Below are positions 1-9,628 of a stretch of DNA of 25,029 nucleotides, one piece after another. The position numbers and the translations under genes were made by a program. The notes under the pieces are model-generated. The model had not been told where the DNA came from. It saw only the letters and a list, made by a program, of their open reading frames with translations, and ran no database searches. Origin of the DNA: a virus (lineage: Duplodnaviria; Caudoviricetes); IMG/VR virus record IMGVR_UViG_3300006851_000022, positions 1 through 25,029 of that record, one strand, 5' to 3'. The number at the start of each line of letters is the position of its first letter. Position 1 is the first letter of the stretch.

Positions 1-180
1 GAGGCCGGGATTAACACCTGGCACTCGGAAAATATTGAGTTTATGACTTTGCAGTTTGATGACGGCGGCGGGTATCCGAACGCCCATTCGGAGTGGCAGG
101 TAGAGATTGACCCGCCCATTGAAAAAACGGATGAAGACAAGCTGACAATGGAGTTCAAGTTTTCCTGGGCGCGCCGATGA
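1..180 (+). CDS. Partial (3' end) tail/virion structural protein, paralogue of 241..1122
   Basis: Frame 1 is open from base 1 to TGA at 178-180. It ends ...WQVEIDPPIEKTDEDKLTMEFKFSWARR, matching the C-terminus of the next ORF (FQMEFDPPLPKTDDDILTFETLVSYQR). Confidence 0.8.
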   Translation, partial: EAGINTWHSENIEFMTLQFDDGGGYPNAHSEWQVEIDPPIEKTDEDKLTMEFKFSWARR

Positions 181-240
181 TTGATGATGACGTGACCCCC
201 CGCGTAAAGTTTATACGCGTGAAGCTGCAGCGAGGTAAGC

Positions 241-1122
241 GTGAAGGTACCGGTAACGATAAACGTAACGGGTGAGTACCGTGTGCAGTGCATACGGCCT
301 GACGGCTCTGTGCGTGTCGATACCGGGTGGTTCCCGAACCATATTGTTGTCGGCGGTCTTGCGGCCATCGCCAGGATGGACTGGGACCGCGCCCAGCTGG
401 GCGCAGGCAGCACCCCGCCCAGTTCGTCGGATACCAACCTGGAAAGCCCTGTAGGGCAGCGAGGGGCGCGCCTGGCGGGTTCTGAGGTGCGGCGAGAAGC
501 CAGCGAGCCGGATTACGTAGCCCGTGGGGCTTGGTTCATGCAGGTGCCGTCATACGAAGGCGAGCTTCGTGAGGTAGGCCTATTCACCAGCGACGGTACC
601 TTGGTCAGTCGGGCGTTGATTCTGGACGGCGACGGCAACCCCACAACTGTGGAAGCCCTGGCCGACGATACTTTGCTGGTGTGTTACCAGATACGGCAGC
701 ACGTGCCAAGGTCCAACACCCTGTTCACTGTGGTTGACGCCGGCCAGGCCGGCACACAACACCAGGTTATGTTGACAGCGGCGTCCGCCACGTCAAACGT
801 GTGGTGCATGACCGGCAGGAACCTGAGCGCCGGGACCCCCGTGGTGCGCGCGTGGGACGGGCCGCTGGGGACAATTGAACAGCTGCCTTCGGGCGTCCCC
901 AAAGCGGCCACAAAAGTTTCCCGAAACCCGATGTACGACGGCGTTTCCGTGGTGGCCGAGTGGGATTACAACGCAGGCAACTACCCCGATGGGATTCAAA
1001 GCATATCGGTTGAAGACAACACTTACAGGTTTCAGATGGAGTTTGACCCGCCGCTGCCCAAGACCGACGACGATATTCTGACCTTTGAAACGCTGGTGTC
1101 ATACCAGCGAACGGACGTTTGA
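241..1122 (+). CDS. Putative tail fibre/tail-tip structural protein (293 aa)
   Basis: GTG start after GAGG. Motifs DTGWFPNHI, LGAGSTPP, LREVGL, SRALILDGDGNPTT and QMEFDPPLPKT recall a family of ~300 aa phage tail proteins. Lies in the structural operon. Confidence 0.7.
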   Translation: MKVPVTINVTGEYRVQCIRPDGSVRVDTGWFPNHIVVGGLAAIARMDWDRAQLGAGSTPPSSSDTNLESPVGQRGARLAGSEVRREASEPDYVARGAWFMQVPSYEGELREVGLFTSDGTLVSRALILDGDGNPTTVEALADDTLLVCYQIRQHVPRSNTLFTVVDAGQAGTQHQVMLTAASATSNVWCMTGRNLSAGTPVVRAWDGPLGTIEQLPSGVPKAATKVSRNPMYDGVSVVAEWDYNAGNYPDGIQSISVEDNTYRFQMEFDPPLPKTDDDILTFETLVSYQRTDV

Positions 1123-1123
1123 C

Positions 1124-2227
1124 ATGCTGCCAGGCGCAACTCTGAGCTCCAAGCCCAAGCCGGCACCGTTTTTGTACCCGGACGCGCACGTTGTGTCCCC
1201 GCTGCAGGACTTTGAGTTGGGAGGCGTTGCTCTTAACGACCCCAGCCTGGGCCTGGAATATACCTGGTGGGTTGCCTACGTGGAGTTTGGCGACGAAGGC
1301 GCTGATGACAAGGTGTTCATTCGCAGCGCCAACGGTGACCCGGTGCTGATACACGAAGGGCCGAACATTACCGAGGTGGCCCTGGCGTTCGACAGTAACA
1401 TGCGCGAACAGGTGGCCTGGACCGAGGACGGCCTGTGCCGGTTCCGGTGGTACGACACCCAACAGAACCTGCAGGTGATAACCGACTACCCCCAGGCGGA
1501 CAACCTGCGGCTGGGGCTGGATGACAAGCGTGAGGCGCAAGGCGCCCGGCGGGACGTTATTCTGGCCTACACCCGCGATGGCAACCTGTGCATACGCGCC
1601 CAGCGTGACCGGTACAACACCGAGTACGTGCTGCGGCGTGTCGGCCCCGGGCGGCTGCTGCGCGTGGGCATGAACGAAGGCTTGCGGTTTCAGTTCCAGT
1701 TCGACCCGGAGGTGCGCAACGACGACCCCGACTGGCCGTCGCACCAGGATACGTGGTCCATACCGCTGGACGCCGGGTTCTCGCCGGGCGAGATGGTGGG
1801 GCTGTGGGCAAAAAACTGGGGATTCTTGGGGTTTCGCCAGATTGAGTACCGCGAGTACCGCACCGGACCCCGGCTGGTGGTCCACGTAGACGCGCCCGGG
1901 GAGGACCGAATCATTGCCGGTTACCCATACAACGCGCGCTACCAGCCCTTGCCGCTATCACAGCCTGACGAACGTGGCGCGATACTGGGCCGTAAGAGGC
2001 GGCTGGTTCGGGCCATTCTGTCTGTTGAAGACGCCGCCAACTTGATGGTCAACGAAATTCCGGCCTTGCCGGAGACCGGTGAGGACATGAGCCATGAGCA
2101 TACGGCCAGGTCCGGTGAGTTTGAGGTTCGGATGCTGGGGTGGACAACCGGTGACGAGGTGGTGGTTGAGGCCGTTTCGCCGTATAGTGCTATTGTCCGT
2201 GCCTTAATTCGGGAGTACAACCAATGA
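1124..2227 (+). CDS. Chimeric tail protein: ~200 aa tail-fibre-type domain fused to a tail tubular protein B (nozzle)-like C-terminus
   Basis: ATG at 1124 lies 1 nt after the upstream stop. N-part has MLPGATLSS..DFELGGVALNDPSLGL..LAFDSNMR..LDDKR..DVILAY. C-part has IIAGYPY..PLP..GRKRRLVR..SGEFEV..LGW..SPYSAIVRAL, like podovirus nozzle C-termini, and sits directly before the ejection genes. Confidence 0.65.
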   Translation: MLPGATLSSKPKPAPFLYPDAHVVSPLQDFELGGVALNDPSLGLEYTWWVAYVEFGDEGADDKVFIRSANGDPVLIHEGPNITEVALAFDSNMREQVAWTEDGLCRFRWYDTQQNLQVITDYPQADNLRLGLDDKREAQGARRDVILAYTRDGNLCIRAQRDRYNTEYVLRRVGPGRLLRVGMNEGLRFQFQFDPEVRNDDPDWPSHQDTWSIPLDAGFSPGEMVGLWAKNWGFLGFRQIEYREYRTGPRLVVHVDAPGEDRIIAGYPYNARYQPLPLSQPDERGAILGRKRRLVRAILSVEDAANLMVNEIPALPETGEDMSHEHTARSGEFEVRMLGWTTGDEVVVEAVSPYSAIVRALIREYNQ

Positions 2228-2688
2228 GCAGTGCCTGGGTGGTTGCCGCTTCACAACTGGCCGGTGCCGCGTTGGATTTGTTCAGCACCCGGACCCGCGC
2301 CAAAAGCCAAAAAACGATGGCGGGCGCCATTGGGCGTGTTGAGCGCTCACAGATCGCCCTGTCATCCTACTTGGATTCACAGCAAAGGATTCGACAAACA
2401 GGGTCCTTGATAAGCGCCCAACGTGCTGGCTTGGCGGCGTCCGGCGTTGCGGGCGGGCGTACCAGCAGGCTGCTGGAAGCCCAGGCGCGAATGGCGGCCA
2501 GCCGCGAGCAGTTCCAGGCGGACGCCAGCGCGATATATCAGCGCGGCGCAAGTCGCCTGCGCGAACAGCAGCAAAGGGCTGCGGCCAGCGAGGCCGTGAC
2601 CCGCTCGACGGTGAACCTGTTTCAGACCGGCCTGGACACCGCATCATGGTTAATCAGCCAGCCCAAGAAGGAGGAAACGGATGGCTAA
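2224..2688 (+). CDS. Small internal virion (ejection) protein, T7 gp14-like
   Basis: ATGA overlap with upstream gene. Ala/Gln/Ser-rich and helical, hydrophobic N-terminus, QRAGLAASGV motif. First gene after the nozzle-like gene. Confidence 0.7.
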   Translation: MSSAWVVAASQLAGAALDLFSTRTRAKSQKTMAGAIGRVERSQIALSSYLDSQQRIRQTGSLISAQRAGLAASGVAGGRTSRLLEAQARMAASREQFQADASAIYQRGASRLREQQQRAAASEAVTRSTVNLFQTGLDTASWLISQPKKEETDG

Positions 2689-5398
2689 GATACCGTTGGC
2701 TGAAGACCGGGTGGTTTTTTCCGGCGCGCAGTTTCAGCAGTCTCAACAGCAGGATGTGACCCAGCCCATGGTGGAGGCGCTTCATCAGTGGGGTGTCCGC
2801 CGGCGCGAGGAATACGAAGCTGCGGCAATGGAGCGCGTGACCCAGGCCGCGACGCGGCGCCAGCAGGAGGCCGGCCTGGACAGCGTAGTGACAGCCCCGT
2901 CGCGGTGGGCGCGCGGCTACCAGGAAGCATTCAACAAACAAGCCCAGGCGGTGTTCACTGCCGACCTGTCCCTGGACGCTGCCCGTGCGGTGCGCGCCTT
3001 ATCGCAGGAACATGAGGGCGACCCGGAGGCGTTCGCAGAAGCATGGAACTCGTACATGGTGGGGCAGATAACCCCGCTTGAGGAAACTGACCCCACGGCA
3101 GCGCAGCAGGTGCGGGAAAAGATGGACGCGCTGGGCCTGCGTACCCAATTCAAGATGGAGGATGAGCTGGCGGCGCGTGCGCACCGGGCGACACAAGCGG
3201 CTTACCTGCAGGATGTGAACCGGCAGATTGCTGAAATACAAGACGAGCTGCTGCGCAACGGCGATGAAGAGGCGTTCGCTGGGTTCATTGATGAGATTGA
3301 TGAGCTGGTAGCCGCTGGCGTTGATGGCGACCTGATAACCCCGGCGCAAGCCGCGAGCCTGGCGACTGAGGCCCGGACCCGTGGCGCCGAGGAGCTGGCG
3401 CATGGCCTGTTCAACCAGGCCATCGAAGCCGGCGACGTTGGTGGCGCGCAAGGTGTTATTGACCAGGCGCGTGATGGCGTGTGGTTTGAGAACAACCCGC
3501 ACGGGCGGTCCGTTGCCGACCGTTTGGAGCGTGAGCTTGTGTCCATGTTGGGCGCGGGCGAGGATGCGCGCAAGGAAAGCGTGGTGCGTTCGTTCCGCAC
3601 CCTGGACGCGCTGGTGGCGCGGCAGCAAGCAACTGGTGTTGGTGTGCTGGATGACCCTGCGGCAGAAGAAGCTATTGAGCACGTGCAGCTGTATGGAAAT
3701 GAGAATGACCTAGACCGTTTGGAGCGCTTGTTGGTAGCGTCGCACCTGCGGCAGCAATTAGGGGACCGCCTGGAGTTCCTGAACGCAGGGGAGCTGGCTG
3801 ACGCGTCCGCCGCTGTAGATAGTGTGGCGGCCAACATGCCTGCCGGCGCTGTTTCTGAAATCCACAAGATGCTGGAGGACCGCGCAGCGGCGCTGGATGA
3901 TGCGCGCCAGGCCCTGGACCCGCTGCGAGCTGCCGGCCCCATGGTTCTGCAGGAACCCCCTTCCAGCGACAGCGCCCGGGCCAGTCTCATGCAGCAGCTT
4001 GAACAGCGCCGGGCCAAGGCGGCGCGCGCTCTGGGCGTTGACCGGTCGGCCATCGGGTACTGGTCCGATGATGACCTGAAGGTTCTGCGCGACCGCTTCC
4101 AAGACAGCCTGGCCAGCGAGGACCTGGAGGGCGCTATAGCGACCCAGGAACAATTCTTCCTGCCGGCCCAGGGCGACCTGGGCAAGGCCGTTGCCATGGC
4201 CATGGACGCGAAGGAGCCTGACTTTGCAGCGGCCATGACCATGAGCGCCGTGGCTGGGCCGGAAGCGGCGTCGCAGCTTTGGGTGCTGGCCACCCAAGGG
4301 CGGGACGCGGACCGGGCGATTCGTGAGAAGGCTGATGACTTGCTAGAGAACCGCTCTGTGCAGCGGCGCCTGCGCGACATGGCAGAATCGATGAGCTTCG
4401 GCTCGCCCAAGGTCCGGGACGCCACCTATAACATGCTGGCCGACGCCTACGCGGGGCTGGTGGTGGAGTTGGAGCCGACCCGGCCACAAGGCGGACTGTT
4501 CCGCTCTATCTGGCAGTCGCTGCCCGGGACCGGCAGCTTGCGCCGGGACGTTGCCAGGGCGTTTGAGACGATGACGGAGCCCATGGCCGAGTTCCATACG
4601 TTCAGCAATGGAGCGAAGGTGCCCAAGGTGTTGGTGGACGACAACCCGAACCGGGCGCGCCGCATCGGCGAGGCCATCGACCGCATGATGGACGACCCCA
4701 CGAAGCTGGGGTATTCGCCCGGCGACAGCCTGCACACCATCCATCCGCTGTTCACGCCTGAAGGTGAAATTTACTTCCGGGACAGCCGGCGCCCGCGCGC
4801 TGTTCTGCGGGACCCGGATTCCGAGCAAGGTGACCCCAGGCCCTTGGTGGTGGACCCGGTTGAGCTTGTGCCGGAAAGCCCTCGCCGAGAAATGGGCTGG
4901 GCGCAGCGCGCATCGGAAGCGTGGAGCCGCACTGTCAACTCTATGCGGCTGAAGGGTTATGAGCAGGGCACGTTGCGGCACGTGGCTGATGCCACCAACG
5001 GCAACCAGGGCGTGCTGTCCGCAGTGTTCATGGCCAGCCGGGAAAACGCCCAGACCACCAACGCCATGTCGCTGACCCCGGAGGCACTGGAAAGTCTGGA
5101 TACGGACCGTTATGAGCGCGCCTGGGATACCTACCGGGTTCACCTGGAAAACGTCGTGGGCCAGCCGACAAAGCGCCGTGCGCCGAACCCCGTGACCAAC
5201 TCGGAGGGCGCCGCCGTGGCCGCCAGCATGTTGCTGGACCAATTCGCCAATAAGTACGGCAGCGTTGACCAGGCGTTGGCCGCTTATTGGCTAGGTGAAG
5301 ATGTAGTGGATAGTATGGGCGATGACTGGCGGGCGCTGATAGGTGTCGAAGCACGTCAGTTCATAGCCAGGGTTAAGAACAGGTTCGACAATGGCTGA
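2681..5398 (+). CDS. Large internal virion (ejection) protein with C-terminal transglycosylase-like domain
   Basis: 905 aa, Ala-rich helical, GGAGGA RBS, MAKIP start. C-terminal LLDQFANKYGSVDQALAAYWLG..EARQFIARV resembles SLT motif III. Confidence 0.75.
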   Translation: MAKIPLAEDRVVFSGAQFQQSQQQDVTQPMVEALHQWGVRRREEYEAAAMERVTQAATRRQQEAGLDSVVTAPSRWARGYQEAFNKQAQAVFTADLSLDAARAVRALSQEHEGDPEAFAEAWNSYMVGQITPLEETDPTAAQQVREKMDALGLRTQFKMEDELAARAHRATQAAYLQDVNRQIAEIQDELLRNGDEEAFAGFIDEIDELVAAGVDGDLITPAQAASLATEARTRGAEELAHGLFNQAIEAGDVGGAQGVIDQARDGVWFENNPHGRSVADRLERELVSMLGAGEDARKESVVRSFRTLDALVARQQATGVGVLDDPAAEEAIEHVQLYGNENDLDRLERLLVASHLRQQLGDRLEFLNAGELADASAAVDSVAANMPAGAVSEIHKMLEDRAAALDDARQALDPLRAAGPMVLQEPPSSDSARASLMQQLEQRRAKAARALGVDRSAIGYWSDDDLKVLRDRFQDSLASEDLEGAIATQEQFFLPAQGDLGKAVAMAMDAKEPDFAAAMTMSAVAGPEAASQLWVLATQGRDADRAIREKADDLLENRSVQRRLRDMAESMSFGSPKVRDATYNMLADAYAGLVVELEPTRPQGGLFRSIWQSLPGTGSLRRDVARAFETMTEPMAEFHTFSNGAKVPKVLVDDNPNRARRIGEAIDRMMDDPTKLGYSPGDSLHTIHPLFTPEGEIYFRDSRRPRAVLRDPDSEQGDPRPLVVDPVELVPESPRREMGWAQRASEAWSRTVNSMRLKGYEQGTLRHVADATNGNQGVLSAVFMASRENAQTTNAMSLTPEALESLDTDRYERAWDTYRVHLENVVGQPTKRRAPNPVTNSEGAAVAASMLLDQFANKYGSVDQALAAYWLGEDVVDSMGDDWRALIGVEARQFIARVKNRFDNG

Positions 5399-6953
5399 CG
5401 CGTACCCAGTTACCCAACCCCGAACGTTTGGAGGTTACGAGCTTTCAGACAACCCGGCGCGCATGGGAGATATTGAGCGCGGGTTCTTTGCTACCGCCTG
5501 GGACAATGCGCGCGCCTATTGGGAATTGGAGACCATGGAGCGCTGGCGAGCGCTGTTTGAGGATGCGCCCGAAATCAGCCAGGACGAGTTCGACGAAATG
5601 GTGGGCGACAGGCCCATTGAGAAGCGTCCGTTTCAAACCGTTGCAGAAACTGAGCGGGCTATCGCCATTCACGATTGGGAGCAGTCACAGCAGGAATACG
5701 AAAAGCGCGGGATAGCGTCGTTTGTGGGCACGGCCCTGCCGCTGATGCTGGACCCGGTGTCCGTGGCCACCATGCCCGTGGGGTGGCAGAACTTTGCCCG
5801 TGCCGCCGGCGCCAAGACCATGCGCCAGGCCCTGCTGCAGTCTTCCATTGGTGGCGCGAAAGTCGGCGCCGCGACTGTCCCTCTTGAGGTCGGCATGCAG
5901 ATGCGCACCCGCGGCGAGGTGGACCCCATGACGGTGGCGGCTGCCGGCGTTGGCCCGGCGGCCCTGTCGCCCATGTTGGCCGCTGCAGGCCGTGGCGCCC
6001 GTGCGGCGTTCCGGCGTTCGCCGGACAACACCTTGGCGGACGCGGCCAACCGGTCAAAAATCAAACGCCCTGAAGCTGCTCCCGAGGACGTAGCCAAGGC
6101 GGTGCATGACCACCCGGACGCGCGCCCCCCGGCACCGTACGTGCGTGAATCCGAGGCGCTGTCCCCGACCATGAGATTGAACGAGGCGTTTGAGCGCTAT
6201 GACGGTGGTTCTGTTCGGTGGGTGCAGGATATGGCCGCACAAGACCCCCGTGCAGTCCAGTTTGCGCGTGACCTGGGAATCGACCCCGAAGCATCCACGG
6301 TCCTGCGAGACTTCATGCGTGAAGTTAAAAGCGCGTCAGATGCCGTGGCAGGGACGCCGACAAGGGTGAACATGGACCAGGCCCGTGCGTTCCACAAGCT
6401 GGACCGGGGCGAGCCTTTGACGGTGCGTGAGGCCAACGGCCTGCGCGTGGTGGGGCTGATTGAGCGCGCCGAAGGTCCGCCCGCAAGCCGGTTTGCCGAC
6501 ATATCCACGTTACGCGAAACCCGGCCTTACCGGCGCACGGTGCTGGGAGAGCGGCTAGCCAAAGCAATTGAGGCGCCGCAGGTGCCGGCCAACCGAGCCT
6601 TGTTGGACGATTTTTACGCGCGAGGTGCTGGCGCCATTAAAGACCGCCTGGCTCGTGAAACGGGCGCCCCCGATGCTGTGCAAGACCTGGCCAGTGTTAT
6701 TGCGCCCATTGACGAGCCCAACAGGTTGATGAATGTGTTGGAGGCGGCGCGGGCGGAGACCCGCGGCAAACCCGACCCTGCGGCTGGCCGGACCACGCCG
6801 GAGGTGGAGCAGCACAGCCCCGAAGTGCAGTCAAGCTTTGCGCGGGAGGCGGACAGTGCCCGGCAGCAGTTGCTGGACCTGGGCTCCGATGATGAGGACG
6901 TGCGCGCGCTGGCCCGGGCGATGATGGAAGGCTTGGAGGTGTGCCGTGTCTAA
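5391..6953 (+). CDS. Internal virion (ejection) protein, 520 aa
   Basis: Overlaps both neighbours. Gly/Ala-rich hydrophobic stretch (LMLDPVSVATMPVG..GGAKVGAA) typical of ejection proteins. Confidence 0.65.
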   Translation: MADAYPVTQPRTFGGYELSDNPARMGDIERGFFATAWDNARAYWELETMERWRALFEDAPEISQDEFDEMVGDRPIEKRPFQTVAETERAIAIHDWEQSQQEYEKRGIASFVGTALPLMLDPVSVATMPVGWQNFARAAGAKTMRQALLQSSIGGAKVGAATVPLEVGMQMRTRGEVDPMTVAAAGVGPAALSPMLAAAGRGARAAFRRSPDNTLADAANRSKIKRPEAAPEDVAKAVHDHPDARPPAPYVRESEALSPTMRLNEAFERYDGGSVRWVQDMAAQDPRAVQFARDLGIDPEASTVLRDFMREVKSASDAVAGTPTRVNMDQARAFHKLDRGEPLTVREANGLRVVGLIERAEGPPASRFADISTLRETRPYRRTVLGERLAKAIEAPQVPANRALLDDFYARGAGAIKDRLARETGAPDAVQDLASVIAPIDEPNRLMNVLEAARAETRGKPDPAAGRTTPEVEQHSPEVQSSFAREADSARQQLLDLGSDDEDVRALARAMMEGLEVCRV

Positions 6954-9291
6954 CTTTGCCCGTTGCGTTCGCGGCGTCCTGGATGAGTTGAGGAAGCTGG
7001 ATAGTATTGATGAAGAGCTGCGCGCCGAGATAGCGGACCAGCTTGAGGCCATCATGACGCTGGACGTTACCGACAACGCCACCGGCATGGCTCGCGCGAA
7101 GTTGGCCATTGAGGCGTCGGAGGCCAGCATGCTGAAAGCCAAGGTCACGACACTGCAGCAAGAGCGGTTTGAGGCCATGTACCGAACCGGGCGCTTCAAC
7201 GAAGATGAGGTGGGAGCCCTGGAAGCCGCGGACAACCTGCGCCGCGCCGTGTCGCCCAAGTGGGGCAATCGCGGGGACCGTGAGGTGGGCAGCTGGGCCA
7301 ACCACGTTGAATCCCTGGCGTCCGAACTGAAGGGCCGCCTGGACCCGGTGCTGAAATACATATCAGACACCCGGATGGGGCTGAACCGAGAAGGCGACAT
7401 GGCTATGGACTTCCGGGCAGCTGCGGTTGGTGCGGACTACAAAAACCCCGAATCCAAGGCCATGGCGGAGCTGTTCCACAAGACCACCAGCGACATGATG
7501 AAGCGGTTGAAGAAGGCCGGGGTGCCGGTGGCTGAGATGGAGAATTGGTTTCCAAGGGACCCGGACCTGGGGCGCATCCAGGCAGACCTGGACGGATTTA
7601 AACGATGGATGGCTGGCGCCCTGGACCCGGACAACCACCCGGACCCCCAGGCCAGCGTAGAGGCGTATCTGAATACGCAGTACCGGGTCGTGGCCGGGAC
7701 GCTGAGCTCGCCCAACTTCACGTTCGGGCGGCAGATGGAGTTCCGTTCGCCGGAGATGGAGCTTGAGTTTTTCTTGCGGTGGGGGAAATCCAACACGGTA
7801 TCTCAGGTGGCCAAGGTGATAAATCGCATGGCGGTGGCGGTGGCCAGCGCGGAGCAGTTCGGGCCCATGGGTACCCGCATGTTAGGAAAGCGCGTTGATG
7901 AGATTCGCGCGGCAGCGGTGCGCCAATACGGTGCCGACAGCCGCGAGGCGAGACGCGCCCTGCGGGACGCTGAACGTGCGCGTGACCTGGTGACCATGGA
8001 GCTGGACTTTACCGACAGGCCCGAAAGCCAAACCTGGTCAAACTGGGTGGCGGCCAGCCGCCTGTTTGCCAGTGCCGTGGCCCTGGGCAAGACCGCCATC
8101 AGCCAAATCGGTGAGGATTCCATGAACGCGCTGATACAGGGGCGTTTCATTGCCGGCGGGTTTGGGCGCAGTTTCGGGACAGCGCTGAACGCCATGTTCG
8201 ACGTGGCCACGAACAATAAGGGGGTGCGGGACATGATGGTGGAGCAGGGCGTGTGGCTGAACGCCATCAGCGCCAACGGCGCCAGCCGGATGCCCATCAG
8301 CTTCGATGCCGCCAACGTGGTGGGCGTGCTGGCCCCGGCAACCACTGCCAGTGAGCGCGCCCGGCACCTGGCGCAGCAGGCGGCGATATTCACACAGCGC
8401 GCCACCTTGAGCCAGCGCATTGAGGTGTTCCAGCGCTCGTCGGTACACCTGCGCAACCACCGGGCAATGGCGCGCTGGGTGAAAAACTACTCTTGGGATG
8501 AGCTGCCGTCCAGGGTGCGTACGCACATATTTGAGAACAACGGCCTGGGGCGAGCGGACTTCCAGGCGCTGTCGAAGCTGGACGTAGAGGAGCACGGGGT
8601 GCTGGCGTTGAGCCAGCTGCAGGACAACTTCGCGCTGAACAAAAAGTACATGAGCGCGCTGCATCGTGAAAGTCAAATTCAGATAGTGAAGCCGGACGTG
8701 GATGCGCGCTGGGTCCTGTCCATGGGGATTGACCCCGGGACGCTCGGAGGGCGCGCCATGCAGCTTATGACCCAGTTCCTGCCCTGGCCCACCGCCGTGT
8801 TCCGAAACAGTCTTGGGCGCGACGTGCTGGGGGGTGGCGTGGGAATTGTAGGGTGGGCAGCGGGCCGGGTCATTGCGGCCATGATGACCATACAGATTTA
8901 CCAGTTTGTGGCCGGGCGGCCAGTGTTTGAAATGGATTCACCCACATTGTGGCGGAACAGCATTGCGCGGTCCGGCATCTTGTCTCCGGTGGGTGAGATG
9001 TTGCTGGACGCTGCGGACCCGGCAACGTCGCCAACGCTGCCTGGCATAGTTCCGTCCACAGTGTCCGGCTTGTTCCGCACTGGCGGTCAGTTCACTAAAA
9101 GCACCTTTGACGGCGACACGGACAAGGCCGCCGCACAGGTTTTGAGGGGCGTCAAGCCGGTGACCCCGAACTGGTGGTGGTCGGAGTGGTTCACGAATGC
9201 AATAATGGATAACGTGATTGAGGAATTGGACCCTGGATACGCCAGCCGCATGGAGCGGATGTATGAGCGGCAGGGTCGGGTGGTGGATTGA
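6946..9291 (+). CDS. Large internal virion (ejection) protein, 781 aa
   Basis: GTG start after GGAGG. Motifs ENWFPR and GTLGGRAMQLMTQFLPWP plus a hydrophobic C-terminal region resemble large podovirus ejection proteins. Confidence 0.7.
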   Translation: MSNFARCVRGVLDELRKLDSIDEELRAEIADQLEAIMTLDVTDNATGMARAKLAIEASEASMLKAKVTTLQQERFEAMYRTGRFNEDEVGALEAADNLRRAVSPKWGNRGDREVGSWANHVESLASELKGRLDPVLKYISDTRMGLNREGDMAMDFRAAAVGADYKNPESKAMAELFHKTTSDMMKRLKKAGVPVAEMENWFPRDPDLGRIQADLDGFKRWMAGALDPDNHPDPQASVEAYLNTQYRVVAGTLSSPNFTFGRQMEFRSPEMELEFFLRWGKSNTVSQVAKVINRMAVAVASAEQFGPMGTRMLGKRVDEIRAAAVRQYGADSREARRALRDAERARDLVTMELDFTDRPESQTWSNWVAASRLFASAVALGKTAISQIGEDSMNALIQGRFIAGGFGRSFGTALNAMFDVATNNKGVRDMMVEQGVWLNAISANGASRMPISFDAANVVGVLAPATTASERARHLAQQAAIFTQRATLSQRIEVFQRSSVHLRNHRAMARWVKNYSWDELPSRVRTHIFENNGLGRADFQALSKLDVEEHGVLALSQLQDNFALNKKYMSALHRESQIQIVKPDVDARWVLSMGIDPGTLGGRAMQLMTQFLPWPTAVFRNSLGRDVLGGGVGIVGWAAGRVIAAMMTIQIYQFVAGRPVFEMDSPTLWRNSIARSGILSPVGEMLLDAADPATSPTLPGIVPSTVSGLFRTGGQFTKSTFDGDTDKAAAQVLRGVKPVTPNWWWSEWFTNAIMDNVIEELDPGYASRMERMYERQGRVVD

Positions 9292-9292
9292 A

Positions 9293-9628
9293 ATGGCTTC
9301 GATTGTTCAGCAATACGTTTTGGATGGCACCAAGCAGTTCTTTTTCCCGTTCCCGGTGCGAGTGCCGGGCAACATCAAGTTGGAGGTGGAGGGCGCTGGT
9401 GAGGTCCCCAACGACCAGTATGAGGTTGAGGGCATCGGGCCGGCCAGCACCGCCGTGACGGTGCGTTGGCGCAACGCGCCTTCGGACGGTTCGGTGCTGA
9501 GGATTTACCGTGAAGTGGCGGTTATGCGGGTGACCGACTTCCGTTCGGACCGGCCCATTACCGCCGATGACCTGAACGCGGAGTTCGACAACATATACCG
9601 AATCATGCAGGGGGCAGGGTTGCTGTGA
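9293..9628 (+). CDS. Stand-alone T7 gp17-like tail-fibre N-terminal adaptor (111 aa)
   Basis: ATG at 9293. DGTKQFFFPFP..YEVEG..APSDGSVLRIYR..RVTDF..ITADDLNAEFD matches the Phage_T7_tail anchor pattern; the protein stops right after it. Confidence 0.75.
   Translation: MASIVQQYVLDGTKQFFFPFPVRVPGNIKLEVEGAGEVPNDQYEVEGIGPASTAVTVRWRNAPSDGSVLRIYREVAVMRVTDFRSDRPITADDLNAEFDNIYRIMQGAGLL

Noticed and set aside
767-8676. Long - strand ORFs (767..1885, 3202..4425, 4343..5242, 7803..8456, 8038..8676)
   Set aside because: Antisense shadows of well-supported + strand genes in GC-rich DNA; no recognisable motifs.
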